The notes beneath the pieces are model-generated. The model made no database searches and was not told the DNA's origin. It saw only the letters and a list, made by a program, of their open reading frames with translations. DNA of 64,000 nt, from assembly GCF_964355755.1 (NCBI RefSeq), contig NC_092677.1:22431175-22495174 (forward strand). The letters are read 5' to 3'. Positions 11,636-24,623 of this stretch are shown here, piece by piece. The translations under genes and the position numbers were made by a program. Origin of the DNA: Antedon mediterranea (lineage: Eukaryota; Animalia; Echinodermata). Position 1 is the first letter of the stretch, and every line of letters begins with the position of its first letter.

Positions 11636-14277
11636 TGCTGCATCTTGAAGAAGAACAAGACATCTCTGTCATGCTAAAAACATTGAACAAGAACAAGAAA
11701 CTCTTGATGCTTCTTATAAGATGCACTCATATATTGGAACACTGTTGTTGTTAACAGTGCAACATGCAACATTTTGTTTATTTTTCATTTTCTTTTATCC
11801 ACACTCTTTAATTTTTTTTATATTGAATATTTATGATAAAAGGATTGACACACATTCAAAATATCTTTCATACATAGATCTACAGTATCCCGCTTTCGAC
11901 GGGCTATCTTGCCTTTAGATATTCTGCTATGAATTTCTGTTAAAATGTTGAAAATACATAATATAATTTTGTTTTCATAAATTTATTCATAGGCCTATAG
12001 TTGGCCTTTTATCTATTTAAATGACTAGGGATGCATCTTATCAATTATTTAATGAACAAAGATGCTTTTCTACATAATTAATAAATCCAGATCGTTACTT
12101 TAACACAATTTCAAATTGGTGTTTAATAAATAAGTTTTAAAATAATATGATAACAAAAAGTTTATAAAATAAATCAGTAAATTCTATTTTATATTTTGTT
12201 TATTGGATTAACTGTTTTATTTATTATAAGGTTAGGTTAAAGTTGAAACCGAAGCTTATTTGTCCATCTCCATTTCAGCCATTTTCAAGGCATGGATGTT
12301 CTCCTAATATCTTGATGAGGGAAAAGGATGTGAATTTTGATCACATCCTTATCCCTCATCATCTTTATTTATTTTCATAAAAACATCGTCGGCTGCACTG
12401 AAATTATTAATCCGTCATTTTCCAAATTAAAATCATAGTCATACATATGATCTAATTGGAAAAATTATAAATTTGTCATACAATATAGATTTGTCATGCA
12501 TTTGTCATGCATTCAAAGAATGAAAAATTATAATTTTTCATGAAGAGTCGTTTAATTGGAAACATTTTTTTCATGTTTGACAAAGTGATTTGACAGTCTT
12601 TGTTGGTAGTTTACAACTAATTGTCAAAGTGCGTGGTGGGTTCGGAATGTTAAATAATGTGGGCACCGCATTCCACACTGATCATCCTGTAAACTCAAAA
12701 ACTCAAGTCTGAACGTTTTGTGTTTACGGCCCATCTGGCACGCCTGAATTATTGAAATACGATTTAATGGGTATAATTTTATTAATAATGATAAAATGAC
12801 TTTTGATAATAATACTCATACATAGGCCTATTTTTACTAATAATAAAGATCAAATAGATAATGTTAGGTAAAGGCATAGACTAAATATATATTAGGCCTA
12901 TCCAATATAGGCTTAAGTATATATAATATAAATATAGGCCTAGCCCCACCCTACTATGGCCTAGGTCAATAAAATATAAATTAACAGGCACAGAATAAAT
13001 TATAAACCGCCAGGTGGTATGCAGATGTTATAAATAGGCCTAGGCATAAAATACATATAAAATATTAAAATCAGTAAAAAGTCTAAAGAATTGATTTAAG
13101 CCTCGATCATCTAGGCCTAGTACTGAATGGCAATATATTTAAGTTAAATACAGGCCTGCTAACCTCTTTAACAATGGATATTGGTTCCTCATATTGTTCA
13201 TCACTCTATAAAATAAATTAACATTACGGATTTAATCCAATTATGTGAATCATAAATTAATTATGCTATAATATGTAATAATAATACGTTATATCATTGG
13301 CAATTTGGCCTACTTTCTATAATAATTTGTTCTGACCGAAAGTAGGATACAATAAAATGAAGCGTAAGTGCACAGGCAGCCAAGCAATAATATTAATAAA
13401 CTATCTGTTGTGTATGTTAGTACCTCTTCAACGGTTACGGTAATTGTCAGTGTTACTAGTTAGGAATTTAGTCCAGTCATTTTAACTTTTAACTTGGAAC
13501 TAATTGCAACAGAATTTTTTTCACCGCAATGCATTTCTTTGAGGTCCCCATAACACCATACTAAAAGTCCCAACAAATCCGAATAGGGGAAAGACGTCTA
13601 ATTTGCATAAATTCAAAATGGCCGCCAAAATTCAATATTTTGACATATTTTGACTTGTAGACGACCTATTTGAATTTGCAGAGTGAGGCATTGGCCCATG
13701 AGCTTTCACTTGTAAAAGGTTACAATGATATAGGACTGGTTAATTTGCATATATTAATTTGCATATTTTTAAATAGCTGCCAAATACGTACATAAATCCT
13801 ATTATCTGCTGGTTTTATGAATATAGACTCAATTTTGTCATACCTTTTAATTAGAAAGAATTGTATGACTTCTTGGTAGAGGTTATCCAAGCATGTTCAG
13901 AATGTTTATGAATGGATTTTGGTGAAAGAGAAATCTGTGTAAAAAGCTGAATAAAAGTCTTTTGCCAAGTTTGTATCTCGTTTAAAGTTAATGCATAGAT
14001 TTATTAAAATAATCATTGTTCAATAAAGTCACGTTGGTATTTATTTGTTTCTAACATTTTGCGCACTAATACTAATAGCGTCAATTAATTTTTAATTTTC
14101 ACGTATGTCTGGTGGCTCGGAATTCCTGCAGCTTATTCCTCTGCAAGTCTGTATACACATCACTACAGAAGAGCCCGTGTCAAAAAGTACACCTTTTCGT
14201 ATTGCACTGGGTCTTGCAACCACAGCAGATAACATTCAGCAGTTCAGATGGTGCTGGGGATTTATCAGTCTGCTTAG

Positions 14278-14388
14278 GGGTGTCTCGAAAACAGAGACCA
14301 GAGACCCGAGACCCCTACTAAAACGTCTAAATAATACGTTATATAGGGAGTCTCTGTTTTCGAGATTTTCTCGAAAACAGAGACCCCA
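14278..14388. mobile_element. Remnant of a GGGTGT-terminus MITE inserted in the Academ coding region
   Basis: GGGTGTCTCGAAAACAGAGACC resembles the termini at 17582 and 56135, and it interrupts the Academ C-terminal coding sequence. Confidence 0.5.
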
Positions 14389-16097
14389 TTCCTCTGGCTT
14401 CATATTTCTGTTTGATCTTTTCCATTGCATTAATTCGAAAATACACACAGAGGCTGTGATAAACAGCAGCTGCAGAGGTTGGTGGCAATGTTTGGGGCTC
14501 CACATGTGAGGTTCCCTTGGAGATTTTTTCACAAACTGTGAAGTGCACTGTAACGCCTATACCATCAAGAACATACTGGAGCTCTTCACTGGGTTTGCGT
14601 TGCTCTTCTAACATAGCTTTACAAATGGTATCAGCTAGGACTACCTTCTTTGGTTGCAGTGGGAGATGAATCAAACAATGCAGGAGGATAACTACAGAGT
14701 TCATAATTGAAAAGAGATGGCACACCTTAGTAGTGATCTCGAATAGTAGGCCGAATAAGTCGCTGGAATAACAGTTGGGGATCAACCATAACAGATTTAC
14801 CCAATACCTTTACAGTTGACCGTGATGCTAGTGTGACTGCTTGGTCAGCTTTTTGGAATTTGAAATCTTCTACAAATTTTGCAACCATTGGTTAAATAAT
14901 CTTTTCCCCAATTTCTCTTGATCTTTCAACATTGAGTCCTTCTTGCACTGCCATGCCATTAGCTATATTAAATAGTGAGTTATTCTCAACAAAAGGACTT
15001 CTTTCTGTCAGGTAGGTGATAAGCTGATATGTATCTCTTACATCTGTTGTGCTGGTCACTAGTTTCATATGACACATCACTTAACTTCTGCATAGCTTCA
15101 TTAGTGCTTGCACATGCTGGCATTGACACAACCCACACTAGTTGCTGATTTTCTGACATTCCTTTTCCTCTTGTGAGCCCACCAACAGTTGGATCTCCCT
15201 TCTCTCTGCATTCACCATCTATTTCTATTGTTGTCCTTGATTTTCTAAAGGTACCTCTGTTGTCGGCATCAATACACTTTCTTTCATCCACATCCTCCTG
15301 TGGTCGCACATTACAGCTGACCACTGTCCTCTCAGATTTATGGATACCATTCTGTCAATTTCTATATGCAAGGTATCACCACCGTCTACCATCTGCGCAG
15401 AATTCTTTTCAATATCAACATCTAATTCCATGTCTGGCACTTGAACATTGTCTTTACTGCCTGTGTGTTAAACAATTACGTCTGCAGTTGGTGTTTTGAC
15501 ATTGTAGGTCTTTGCTATAAGGATAGTCTTCAATGCAACGTCAACTAACAAGTGACCACCGACTGCTCTGGAAACAGCTTTGCCTGTCAGCATATGGCGT
15601 ACAACGTTACCTACATACACAACTTCTAGAAGCTCTTGCAATCCTAAACTTACCATGAGGTGTCCAATACTGATGTCCTTCATGTATTGACCCCTAGACC
15701 AGCATGGTCAGGTATGATACTAAATGCTTCATCATCACGGGCCATACCCTGAAGAATCGTCTGTCACTCATTTCCATGTGGAACCCACCGAGTCTGAGAA
15801 CTATGTGCTTCAGATCATTGCTAGCTGGTTGAGACTGTGTAATGGTCAAGGCCTTCCAGTAAAAGGGTTGGTCAAATGTGAGGATGGGAGTTACATTTTG
15901 CTGTTTTGCTTGAGCTGATATGAACTTCAAAATAGAATAAAAACAGAATGGATCACTTGGGTGTAGATCAATCATTTTTTAGAAACGTGACAGACGATTG
16001 TCCAGGGTATGGTCCGTGATGCTGAAGCATTTGCATCATACCTGACCATGCTGGTCTAGGGGTCAACACATGAGGGCGCCAGTGACAAAAATATGAA

Positions 16098-16566
16098 AAA
16101 CTAGAGGGTACTCCGAGAGTACAAACCTCCGCCTACTGTAAAATTCCCCTACATAAAATGTCCCCGGAAAAATATATATATGTTTTTATTAGTTCTAAGT
16201 GTAAATAGGCTAACTGCACATTACAAAGTTGTAGATGAGAGTTTGGAGCCTCTCACAATTCAGATCGCTGGTTCAAGTCCTGCTGAGGTTTATTTTTTAT
16301 TTCTTTTATTTTGTGGACCTTGATTTTGACCCTGACCCTTCAAAATTCAACCACAATTATATGATCAGTCATTGATCATTGTGGCTAAGTTTGGTGAGAA
16401 TCGGATAAAAACTGTGGTCTCTAGGCAGTAACAAAATTTTTGTATTAGTTGTGACCTTGACCTATGACCTTCTCCCCTCATATTCGAACTCCTCCAAGCG
16501 TTTGGGGCATAGATCATTGTGGCCAAATTTGGTGAGAATTGGATAAAAACTGTGGCCTCCAGGGAT
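16098..16566. mobile_element. Non-autonomous repeat (Helentron/HINE-like) with internal tandem subrepeats and a tRNA-like remnant
   Basis: Starts AACTAGAGGG and has two ~135-bp subrepeats (gatcattgtggc.aa.tttggtgagaat.ggataaaaactgtgg) with gaccttgacct motifs. A B-box-like GGTTCAAGTCC lies at ~16270. Confidence 0.45.
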
Positions 16567-17581
16567 GGTATGAACAAATTTAGTCTATATTCATAAAACC
16601 AGCAGATAATAGAATTATGTATGTATTTGACAGCTATTTAAAAATATGCAAATTAATATGCAAATTAACCAGTCCTAAATCATTGTACCCTTTTTCAAAT
16701 GAAAGCCTATGGGCCAATGCCCTACTCTGCAACTTTAAAGCATTCAAATAGGTCGTCTACAAGTCAAAATATGCCAAAATATTGAATTTTGGCGGCCATT
16801 TTGGATTTATGCAAATTAGACGTCTTTCCCCTATTCAGATTTGTTGGGACTTTTAGTATAGTGTTCTAGGGACCTCAAAGAAATGTATTGCGGTGAAAAA
16901 AATTCTGTTGCAATTTGTTCCAAGTTTCGCTAAATTTTGGGCTAAAATGACTGGACTAATTACATTTTATTTTATTTCGCCGACACGAAAACAATAATAA
17001 CATTCAAGGGAGTGTTGACTGTAGGTGCCTATTATTTTGCATACACCATTACCTCTAGGTCGTTGAACTCTGCCGTGCTGCTAGTCTTTTCGACGGTCTG
17101 AAAAAAAAACATGTACTTGTATTCACCATTATTACTCATACACATAAATATTATAATTATGATAGGGATGTAATTATGGTGATACATGACTATAACCCCC
17201 TTTATTGTTTTGTATTTTTATTTTTCGGAGATAGTCATTTGTTTGCATAGCTTAGTATTTCTATTGTCAATGGACCGGCAAATATAGGCATCAGATTATG
17301 ATGCGGGTGGAGCTATAGCCAATGACGAGCTTCAAAGTGTTCACAAATGAGTGAGCTGCTATCATACTACTAAATTTGTATTATATCATTCTAGGCATCT
17401 TACAGGTCGTTACGAAGTATTAGTAGTATAACTGCACTTAATGACAGACCATATTTAAAGTACAAAATGTACTTTCTTCCAATTTTCTTCAATCAGCACA
17501 GATTGGACAATTAGCCTTCCGACCTCCTTGACGGCCAAAATTTTACTCAGCTCAGTCCTCATTGATTCATCTAAATTAAAC

Positions 17582-18443
17582 GGGTGTGTAGAAAGCGACG
17601 ACCTCGAATTTGACGACCCGGGCGAACTCGAGTTGGACGACCCATAACACGAAACCGACGACCCCTATAGCCTAGCCTAACCTAGGCCTAAGTGTGGTAT
17701 AACATCCCGAAGCCGAACATAGGCAAAGATCTTTAAACCATACCTTATAATACTCACAAGCAAGCAATTGATTGAAAAAATACAGAAATATCGCCATATG
17801 ATACTGAATGTGTCGACACGAACAAACGAACAGATATGGAACGCCAAGAGTGTATCATTAAAACTGCATTCGACATATTAAAAATAAATTAAAAAGAAAT
17901 AAATATTATACATTACATGGTTAAACCATGGACGTATGATTACATCTCGTCTTCTTATAACGAACACTATAGACCTACCAAGCAGCGTGTTGCGAACATG
18001 TGCATTGGGAGGGCCATAAGAAAGCTTTACATTTCACCATAGAGATATTATAATCACACATATGCATTATATACGGTCAAACCTTATCCGCCGCTGAAAA
18101 AGGGGCCGTTTTGACCTGGTATTTCATGTGCTAATCGAGTCGAATGCAGTTTTAATGATGCACTCTTGGCGTTCCATATCTGTTCGTTTGTTCGTGTCGA
18201 CACATTCAGTATCAAATGGCGATATTTCTGTATTTTTTCAATCAATTCCTTGCTTGCGAGTATTAGGCCCTCTATATAAGGTATGGTTTAAAGATCTTTG
18301 GCTATGTTCGGCTTCGGGATGTTATACCACACTTAGGCCTAGGCTATGCTATGCTAGGCTAGGCTATATGGGTCGTCGGTTTCGTGTTATGGGTCGTCCA
18401 ATTCTAGGTCGTCCAATTCGAGGTCGTCGCTTTCTACACACCC
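17582..18443. mobile_element. MITE with ~290-bp TIRs (GGGTGTGTAGAAAGCGACGACC family)
   Basis: 17582-17875 is the reverse complement of ~18135-18443. Arms carry internal GACGACC repeats; the TSD is degenerate (attaaa). Confidence 0.85.
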
Positions 18444-18738
18444 ATCATTAAACTATAAGATCTATATCCTATAGACCTAGACGGGTATTGACAAACTGCA
18501 AGCCATGGATTCATTGGAGTCAGTGGAGTCAACGGCCCACGTGACCATGTTAATTGCAATTCAAGCGAGTCAGTACGTGTGTAACTGCACTATTGTACCA
18601 AAAGTGCGAGGCACCTTAAAACATATTAAATAATTTAATATAATCTAGTATGTTCATATGAAACATTAGAGAGGAGTAATTATAAAATAAAATCATTATT
18701 TTATGTTATGTTGTTCTAAACATACCCTACTAGTACTA

Positions 18739-19237
18739 CAGTAGAACCTGTGTTTTACGTACCCTGATTTTACGTTCCCTCGATTTTACGTATGCTAAAA
18801 ATAACCGATGACGTCATCATTTTCTTACATTGAGGGCGCAATTTAACAACAACAAAGCACACAAAGCCACAAGCATGGCTGTGTGAGGAATTCTGCTGTG
18901 TGTGGGACAAGCTACGCACGTGCATTCCCCATAAAGCAGCGACTGTTTTTTTTTATAGAAAACAATTATATTTTACACTTTATTTAAACATCGCACAGCC
19001 TGTATATACTGTACTTTTCTAGTTAGGCCTCACATCTTGCTAGGCCTGCTAGCCTGGCCTGAATAGTCTAGGCAAGGCCTAGCTAGTGACCACCTGCATA
19101 ATGTACAGAAGGCAAACACGGCCAGCTACGATCTCTACGTATTTGGGGTCAATTTAAGGTCAACCTTAATTTTACGAATCCTTTGTTTTACGTACGCCTT
19201 TCGGTCCCATACCGTACGTAAAATGGAGGTTCTACTG
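18739..19237. mobile_element. Tc1/pogo-type MITE
   Basis: TA-CAGTAGAACC...GGTTCTACTG-TA, with repeated TTTTACGT subterminal motifs. Confidence 0.8.
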
Positions 19238-20814
19238 TACTACTAAAATAAAGTCAAGCCTGCCTGCTGCTCCCTTCTTGTTGGTCTTGCTTGTAGTTAT
19301 TTTTTTTCAAAATGTCCCCCGCCGGCCCACCACACAGCCCAGGCCTAGTCTAGCACCTAATATACAATATAGGGCTTCCTACTAGATGATATTTTATTGA
19401 AAAAAAATACGTTTCACAAGACTTAGATTTAAAATATCTAATCTACTGTATTTCGTCCATTGACAGCATTTGGATATTCGAAATTGTTAACATAATTACA
19501 TTAACGGTAAGTGATTCATAAATGTTTATGAATTGTACACAAATATTAACGAAAACGAAGGCTTATTATTATTCGAAGGGCTCGCTCGCTGTTGGTATTT
19601 TTTCCGTTCAATTACCGACGTGGATTGCATGCATTGCATGGATTGCGTGTATTTTGCGTGCCTCGTTGACTCGCACTTTGGCAACACTCGACCTAGACCT
19701 GTGGTATTATTATTATATAGGCCTTATACCAACAAACCATACCCAAACATGTCTAATTTTAGATTTTCTTTCTTCCTGGACCTAGGCCTAGGCTAGGTCA
19801 GACAAATAATTTAGAAAAATGCTTTATCTAAAAGTACTGTAGGCCTACCTATACTAGGCTTATAGGCAGCAGACCTAGGCATATTTGAACCACCCCCCCC
19901 CCCCCCAAAAATAGCCTTATTAGGTAGGCCGGGGCTACATTCGATAATAAGTAAAAAATATAGATAGGCCTAGGGTCTAGGCTTAGGTTATATTTGAAAA
20001 TAAAATAGGCCCTTTTTAGGTAGACGGGCCTCCATTTTAAAATAGAATAGGCCAGTTTGTCAGCATGTAGCATACTGTAGGCCTTGAGGCAGGCTTCGTA
20101 AAGCCCTAGGTATAACCTAAAGGGCCTAAAGTTCTTGTAAAAAAACAGTTGGGAGGCGGATTCGTCCAGTAATTCCTTTCTGTTTTCCAAACCCGGGAAA
20201 TTCTGCTGTCACCTTTTGTGTAACAAAATATTTATTCGATTTAGGTTCAACAATTGCTGTTTGCTTCAGAACATTTCCCGTAACAAGAACGTCGTACCAA
20301 ATTATTAAGATTATTTTTCCTGTCATTTTGCCAATGAATACAGTCTCCCTATTAATATTTGCGGTTGAAATTCAAACAATTTCAGTTGGTCGGTAAACAC
20401 TAACTCATATTGATTTTATTTTGTTACTTTGACAGTGTACTGTGTAACATGCACTGTAGTGTACATTCAATTGTAATGAAGAAATATAAAATTAAAAATA
20501 TATTTAAATTATTACAATTACCTGTACATGCAATGTTAAAACTGAATAAAGACAGCCCATGTCATAAAACAGCACAATTGATTTTATTATTTATTTACCT
20601 ACAGTAAATTGAAATAATATTGTTAAGTATCTTGGAGCTATTTCTTTTAAACATTTAAATAGTGTAACGTTTTTAGATTAGATCACGTTAAGAACCTCCG
20701 GGTTCGGCAGCAGGTGTGTCCCACTGACTTATCTAGTAGGTCTACGTCAAAATAATCAAATAAAAGACTACACAATAAATCCGGTTTCAATTGCTTTATT
20801 CAAAACTCACCCTT

Positions 20815-21221
20815 GTTTGTTTGTTTGTTTTATCTTTATACTGGGTGACCTCTTCAGTCAAAGACTGATCTCCCAGAGGGCCCAGTTGGTGATCAGTGGC
20901 TGTGATGTACTAATACACCGGGGTAACCCCCTACTCATCTCGAAAGATGTACTAGGTTCTTTAAAGTGTACACGAGCAAGTTGTGTACACTGGACCTACG
21001 GTTTATAGTCCTTGTCCGAGAAGACTCGTTCTACCACCAGAACCATGGAGTGAGTGAGCCTTGAACCCCTGCCGATGTTATGGCTACGTTCATAATCAAA
21101 GTAAATCAATGAAATATCCACAAGACTAAGTATAAAAATTACAGGTACAACAATATGACAATGAGGCTCATGCGTCCGTTCAGGTCCAGTGCTCTGAACC
21201 AACTCTCCTCACATGGCCCGG
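20815..21221 (-). mobile_element. tRNA-derived SINE
   Basis: Minus strand begins GGGCCATGTGAGGAGAGTTGGTTCAGAGCACTGGAC (A-box-like), has a B-box-like GGTTCAAGGC near 21060 and a (CAAA)n tail. A second copy lies at ~5700-5960. Confidence 0.65.
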
Positions 21222-21689
21222 GACATCCCTTATAAATGAACCGTAATTAACTGTAGAGGGCGCATTTTCATCACAATAGCATTATAAGAATATTTTCATT
21301 CCATTTTTCTGTAAGTCTACTCCATCCAAGAATACTTAAGATATCATTAATAGGGGTATAGATGTCTACAGATAACAATATTCTACCTAATCTGTTGATT
21401 AAAACCTGTGTGTGTGTAACATGACAATAGTTTTGTTTCCAAACTTTGTAGATGATTGGTATTAAACATTAAAAAAAAAAAACTTTTTTTGTTGTATTTT
21501 TTAGGTTCAATTTCATTTCAAAAATGAAATGTGACATGTACATTGTTATAAATAGTCAGTTGTTGGCAAAATAAGAAAATATATTACAGGTACTGTACTG
21601 TACATACAATGTTCAATCTAAATATTAACACAGTTGAAACATGAAACAGCACACAATAGTTAATTGTATTTTCTTGTAGTGCAGTATGT

Positions 21690-22310
21690 TGTAAAATATA
21701 TTTTGTACATAATGGATACAATCATCATCCTCATCTTCATCATTAGAATAAGAATCGTCATCGTAAGGTTTGTTCTGGCAGTCAACCCCACAAATCTGTA
21801 CATACTGTAGTACATTGTGTAGCTGACAAGAGCATTTTGATTTTCCATCTTGTTTTCTGACAACCGCAGAGTGTCAGTTCTAGAATGTTATCTGGTGCTG
21901 GAGGTAATTTACCCAAGACAATTTTTTAAGCATGTATCGTTTACTATTTTCCATCCATGATCAGAGGGACTAGGGATGTCTGGAAATTGATCTAAACATC
22001 TATGATGAACTGCAGCTTGGTAATTAGCTCTTAAATTGTGTTTAGTTAAGGAATCTTTTGAAGGGGGCATGTAGGCTTCAGCTTTGGTCAACATTAAAAA
22101 TGAGTTGTACCTTGCTTCATTTACATTACAGCAATCTTGACCATATAGTTGTCATACAAACTTCTCAAGAACTTCATTAACGTCCGTCCATTGAGAAAGA
22201 ACTCCCCAGTTGCTTAAAAGAATAAACGGTAGACATACTTTGAATATCCCATTGAATAAGCGTGTTGAAGCCAGTCCTGGGAATATCTCATTTGCACCAG
22301 TGCACTTCAT
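21690..22310 (-). pseudogene. Academ C-terminal fragment (copy A)
   Basis: MPPSKDSLTKHNLRANYQAAV...HGWK...LPPAPDNILELTLCGC motifs followed by an acidic tail. Confidence 0.75.
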
Positions 22311-22311
22311 A

Positions 22312-22560
22312 TCATATCATATCATTTATTTCGCCAATATACAGTACAGTAAAAAGTAAGACATAAAAAAAAAACATTACAAAAGTAAATCAATGAGGCC
22401 GGATTACCTAAAAGTTATAAATAAAAATAACTGTCGTGAGGCTCTCCACATTGAAATACTGACATAAAATGAATAACACACAAAAAAAACATGAATTCCT
22501 ATAAAATTGAGATAAAACTATAAAATTCTGCAATTGATTTATATAAACTTAACTTCATTA
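22312..22560 (-). mobile_element. Short LINE 3'-tail insertion
   Basis: On the minus strand a polyA signal (AATAAA) is followed by a (TGATA)n tail; the segment has a typical CR1/L2 3' UTR layout. Confidence 0.4.
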
Positions 22561-23359
22561 AAATGTAGGCAATATCCAATTTGCTAGGATACAATTGGAC
22601 ATTTTGTGTTGGCTCCAGATCAGTAGGCTTATCAAATGGTATCGGGCCTTTCTTTTTTCTCCCATGGGATGATTTCTGTAGAAAGCTTAGTTTTCAATTT
22701 CCGTAGTCCACACTTGACATCTACATGATACTAAGTATATAAGTAGTTTTTAAGGTGACAAATCCAAAAATCAATGTTGCCAAGGTCAAAAGTTGCACAC
22801 AAAGTTTATAATTGGATAATTAAAAATAATTAAATAAAATAGCGATTGGTGAAATGTTAACAAAAATCTGTTTTCTTATCAACTAAGGCCAAGTACAGCA
22901 TACAACAGCAAATTTTACATTCCATCTTACATAAGTTTGACCTAAATAACCTTGTAGTAGATATTGTTTCATCAATAGTGTTTTGTTTAAAAAAAATCTG
23001 GTTTTCAAATCATGAAAATGATAAGACATCCATGAACAATATTTTAACATTATCAATTGCAATAATTATGATAATCCTCTATTTTCAACTTGCAATATTA
23101 CATGATTATTTTAATGTCTATTTTAATCGTCATAAGTTATGTTTTCCAGCAACTAATCTTTTCAAGTCAGTCAAATTATACTTGCACATAATAAAACAAC
23201 AGGACACTGTGATTCAGTACTGTAATGTGTAAATGACTATTTATTAAGCATTAACAGTATTTATGACCAGTTATTCTTCTTTCTCATGGGTTTATTATTA
23301 AGTTTAATGTAATTTACGGTATTAATAAAAAAAGTGATTATACAAATAACAATTTTAAG

Positions 23360-24590
23360 TATTCATTTTTCCTTCTCTTAATCTAGTCTTCGTCAGAATC
23401 CTCTCCTCCTGTATCATCGCTATCATCAATATCGCCATCTTCAAGATCTTGTTTAATATTACTGCAATCTATGCACTTGCATCTGAGTCTGTACATGACA
23501 TTTTGCTACGTACACATTCACAGCGGTTTGTGATGCATTTTGTTTTTTTTGCACCCACATTGTGTTGATGACAGTAGGTTGTCTGGAGCTGGTGGCAATT
23601 CTCCCCAATCAATACTAAGTGCATTGCTATCCATCTTCCAACCATGGTTAACTGGATCAGGAATTTCATGGAACTGCTCCAGAGCTCTTCTATGTATTGC
23701 AGCTTGATAGTTTGCGCGTAGTACATGCTTCTTAATCGAATCCTGATTTGGTGGCATAGCTGTCTCAAATTTACTGTCCATTCTATTGTATCTGGCTAGA
23801 TTTACAGATCATCATTGTAACATTTTGGCCATACAATTTGCAAACAAACTCCTCAATGGTTTTAAAAAGTGTGGAATGGTGAACCCAACTCCTGAAAAGC
23901 TGACTGGTAACTTTCATTAGCCATCAATAGTTTTAAACTTTTAGTTTTCCCTTGGCCATAAAAGGCACTCACAGAATCACATCTTGTGAAACAATGTAAG
24001 CCAATTAGTGCTTCTGACACTTCATTTTCAAGATGGTCTTGTATAGTTTGCATATCAAGTGTTCGTTGTAAGTCTCCCCTGCCGGTATGAAAAAACAGTC
24101 TACCTTGAATATGGCTTCCAAGACTGAGGGCAATTACAAACACATCCGTATCAGGGCTTCTGATAACAATGTTTGACTGCGAAGTGGATGCAGTGGATTG
24201 GTTATGCATGATGCATTAAATGACTATGTAACAACAGCCTGGTGTCGGCCTCTTCATGTTTTGATTCAAGCTCTGCAATTGGTTCCACTTTTAGTATTCC
24301 ATTATTAGCACTGAATGAATGACAATGATTACCATGTGACAGATAAAGTGTAACTCCTTTTAACATTTCAGGCTTGATTTCTGAATATGACTTAAATAAA
24401 AATTCTACTAGGGCTTCTTTGTTTGCACCACATGAAAGAAATTTTTTCCATTGTCGAGGAACTTGCTGATCAGAACTATAGATTTTGATTTGCTGTATCC
24501 CCTCAATTGATCGCCTTCCCCTTTCAGTATTTTTTATACTGATCGGTGGATACTGGTCAGTAACTAAATGCACAGTGTCTGCAAACGTGA
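23360..24590 (-). pseudogene. Academ XPG/PIN-like nuclease domain plus C-terminal CXC region (copy B), frameshifted
   Basis: DQYPPISIKNTER, NKEALVEFL, HEEADTRLLLH, RSPDTDVFV, GLHCFTRCDSVSAFYGQGK and HVLRANYQAAI motifs. Confidence 0.85.
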
Positions 24591-24623
24591 CTACCTTGAT
24601 TTGACTTGCCTGGAATAGTTGTC

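Larger units (their letters stand above)
13469..16958 (-). mobile_element. Academ (AcademX-type) DNA transposon, decayed
   Basis: About 370-bp TIRs (13469-13845, 16567-16958) beginning TAGTCCAGTCATTTTA, with a 3-bp TSD ATT. Coding remnants include TFDQPFYWKA, IVLRLGGFH, HMLTGKAVSRA, GGLTRGKG, LPPTSAAA and a C-terminal Cys-rich CXC region. Confidence 0.85.

Noticed and set aside
11885-11912. Hairpin CCCGC-TTTCGA-CGGG as a terminator or Helitron end
   Set aside because: It is a short isolated stem with no matching element boundary found.
16225-16290. tRNA gene
   Set aside because: Only a B-box/T-arm-like remnant is present, no complete cloverleaf can be drawn, and it lies inside a repeat.
18128-18451. 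Short ORFs in MITE arms (also 34577-34822) and antisense ORFs over transposases
   Set aside because: They are incidental frames in non-coding repeats or shadows of opposite-strand coding sequence.
21234-21250. Left TIR for the Academ ending at 30942
   Set aside because: The AATGAACCGTA match is in direct rather than inverted orientation and is only 11 bp.
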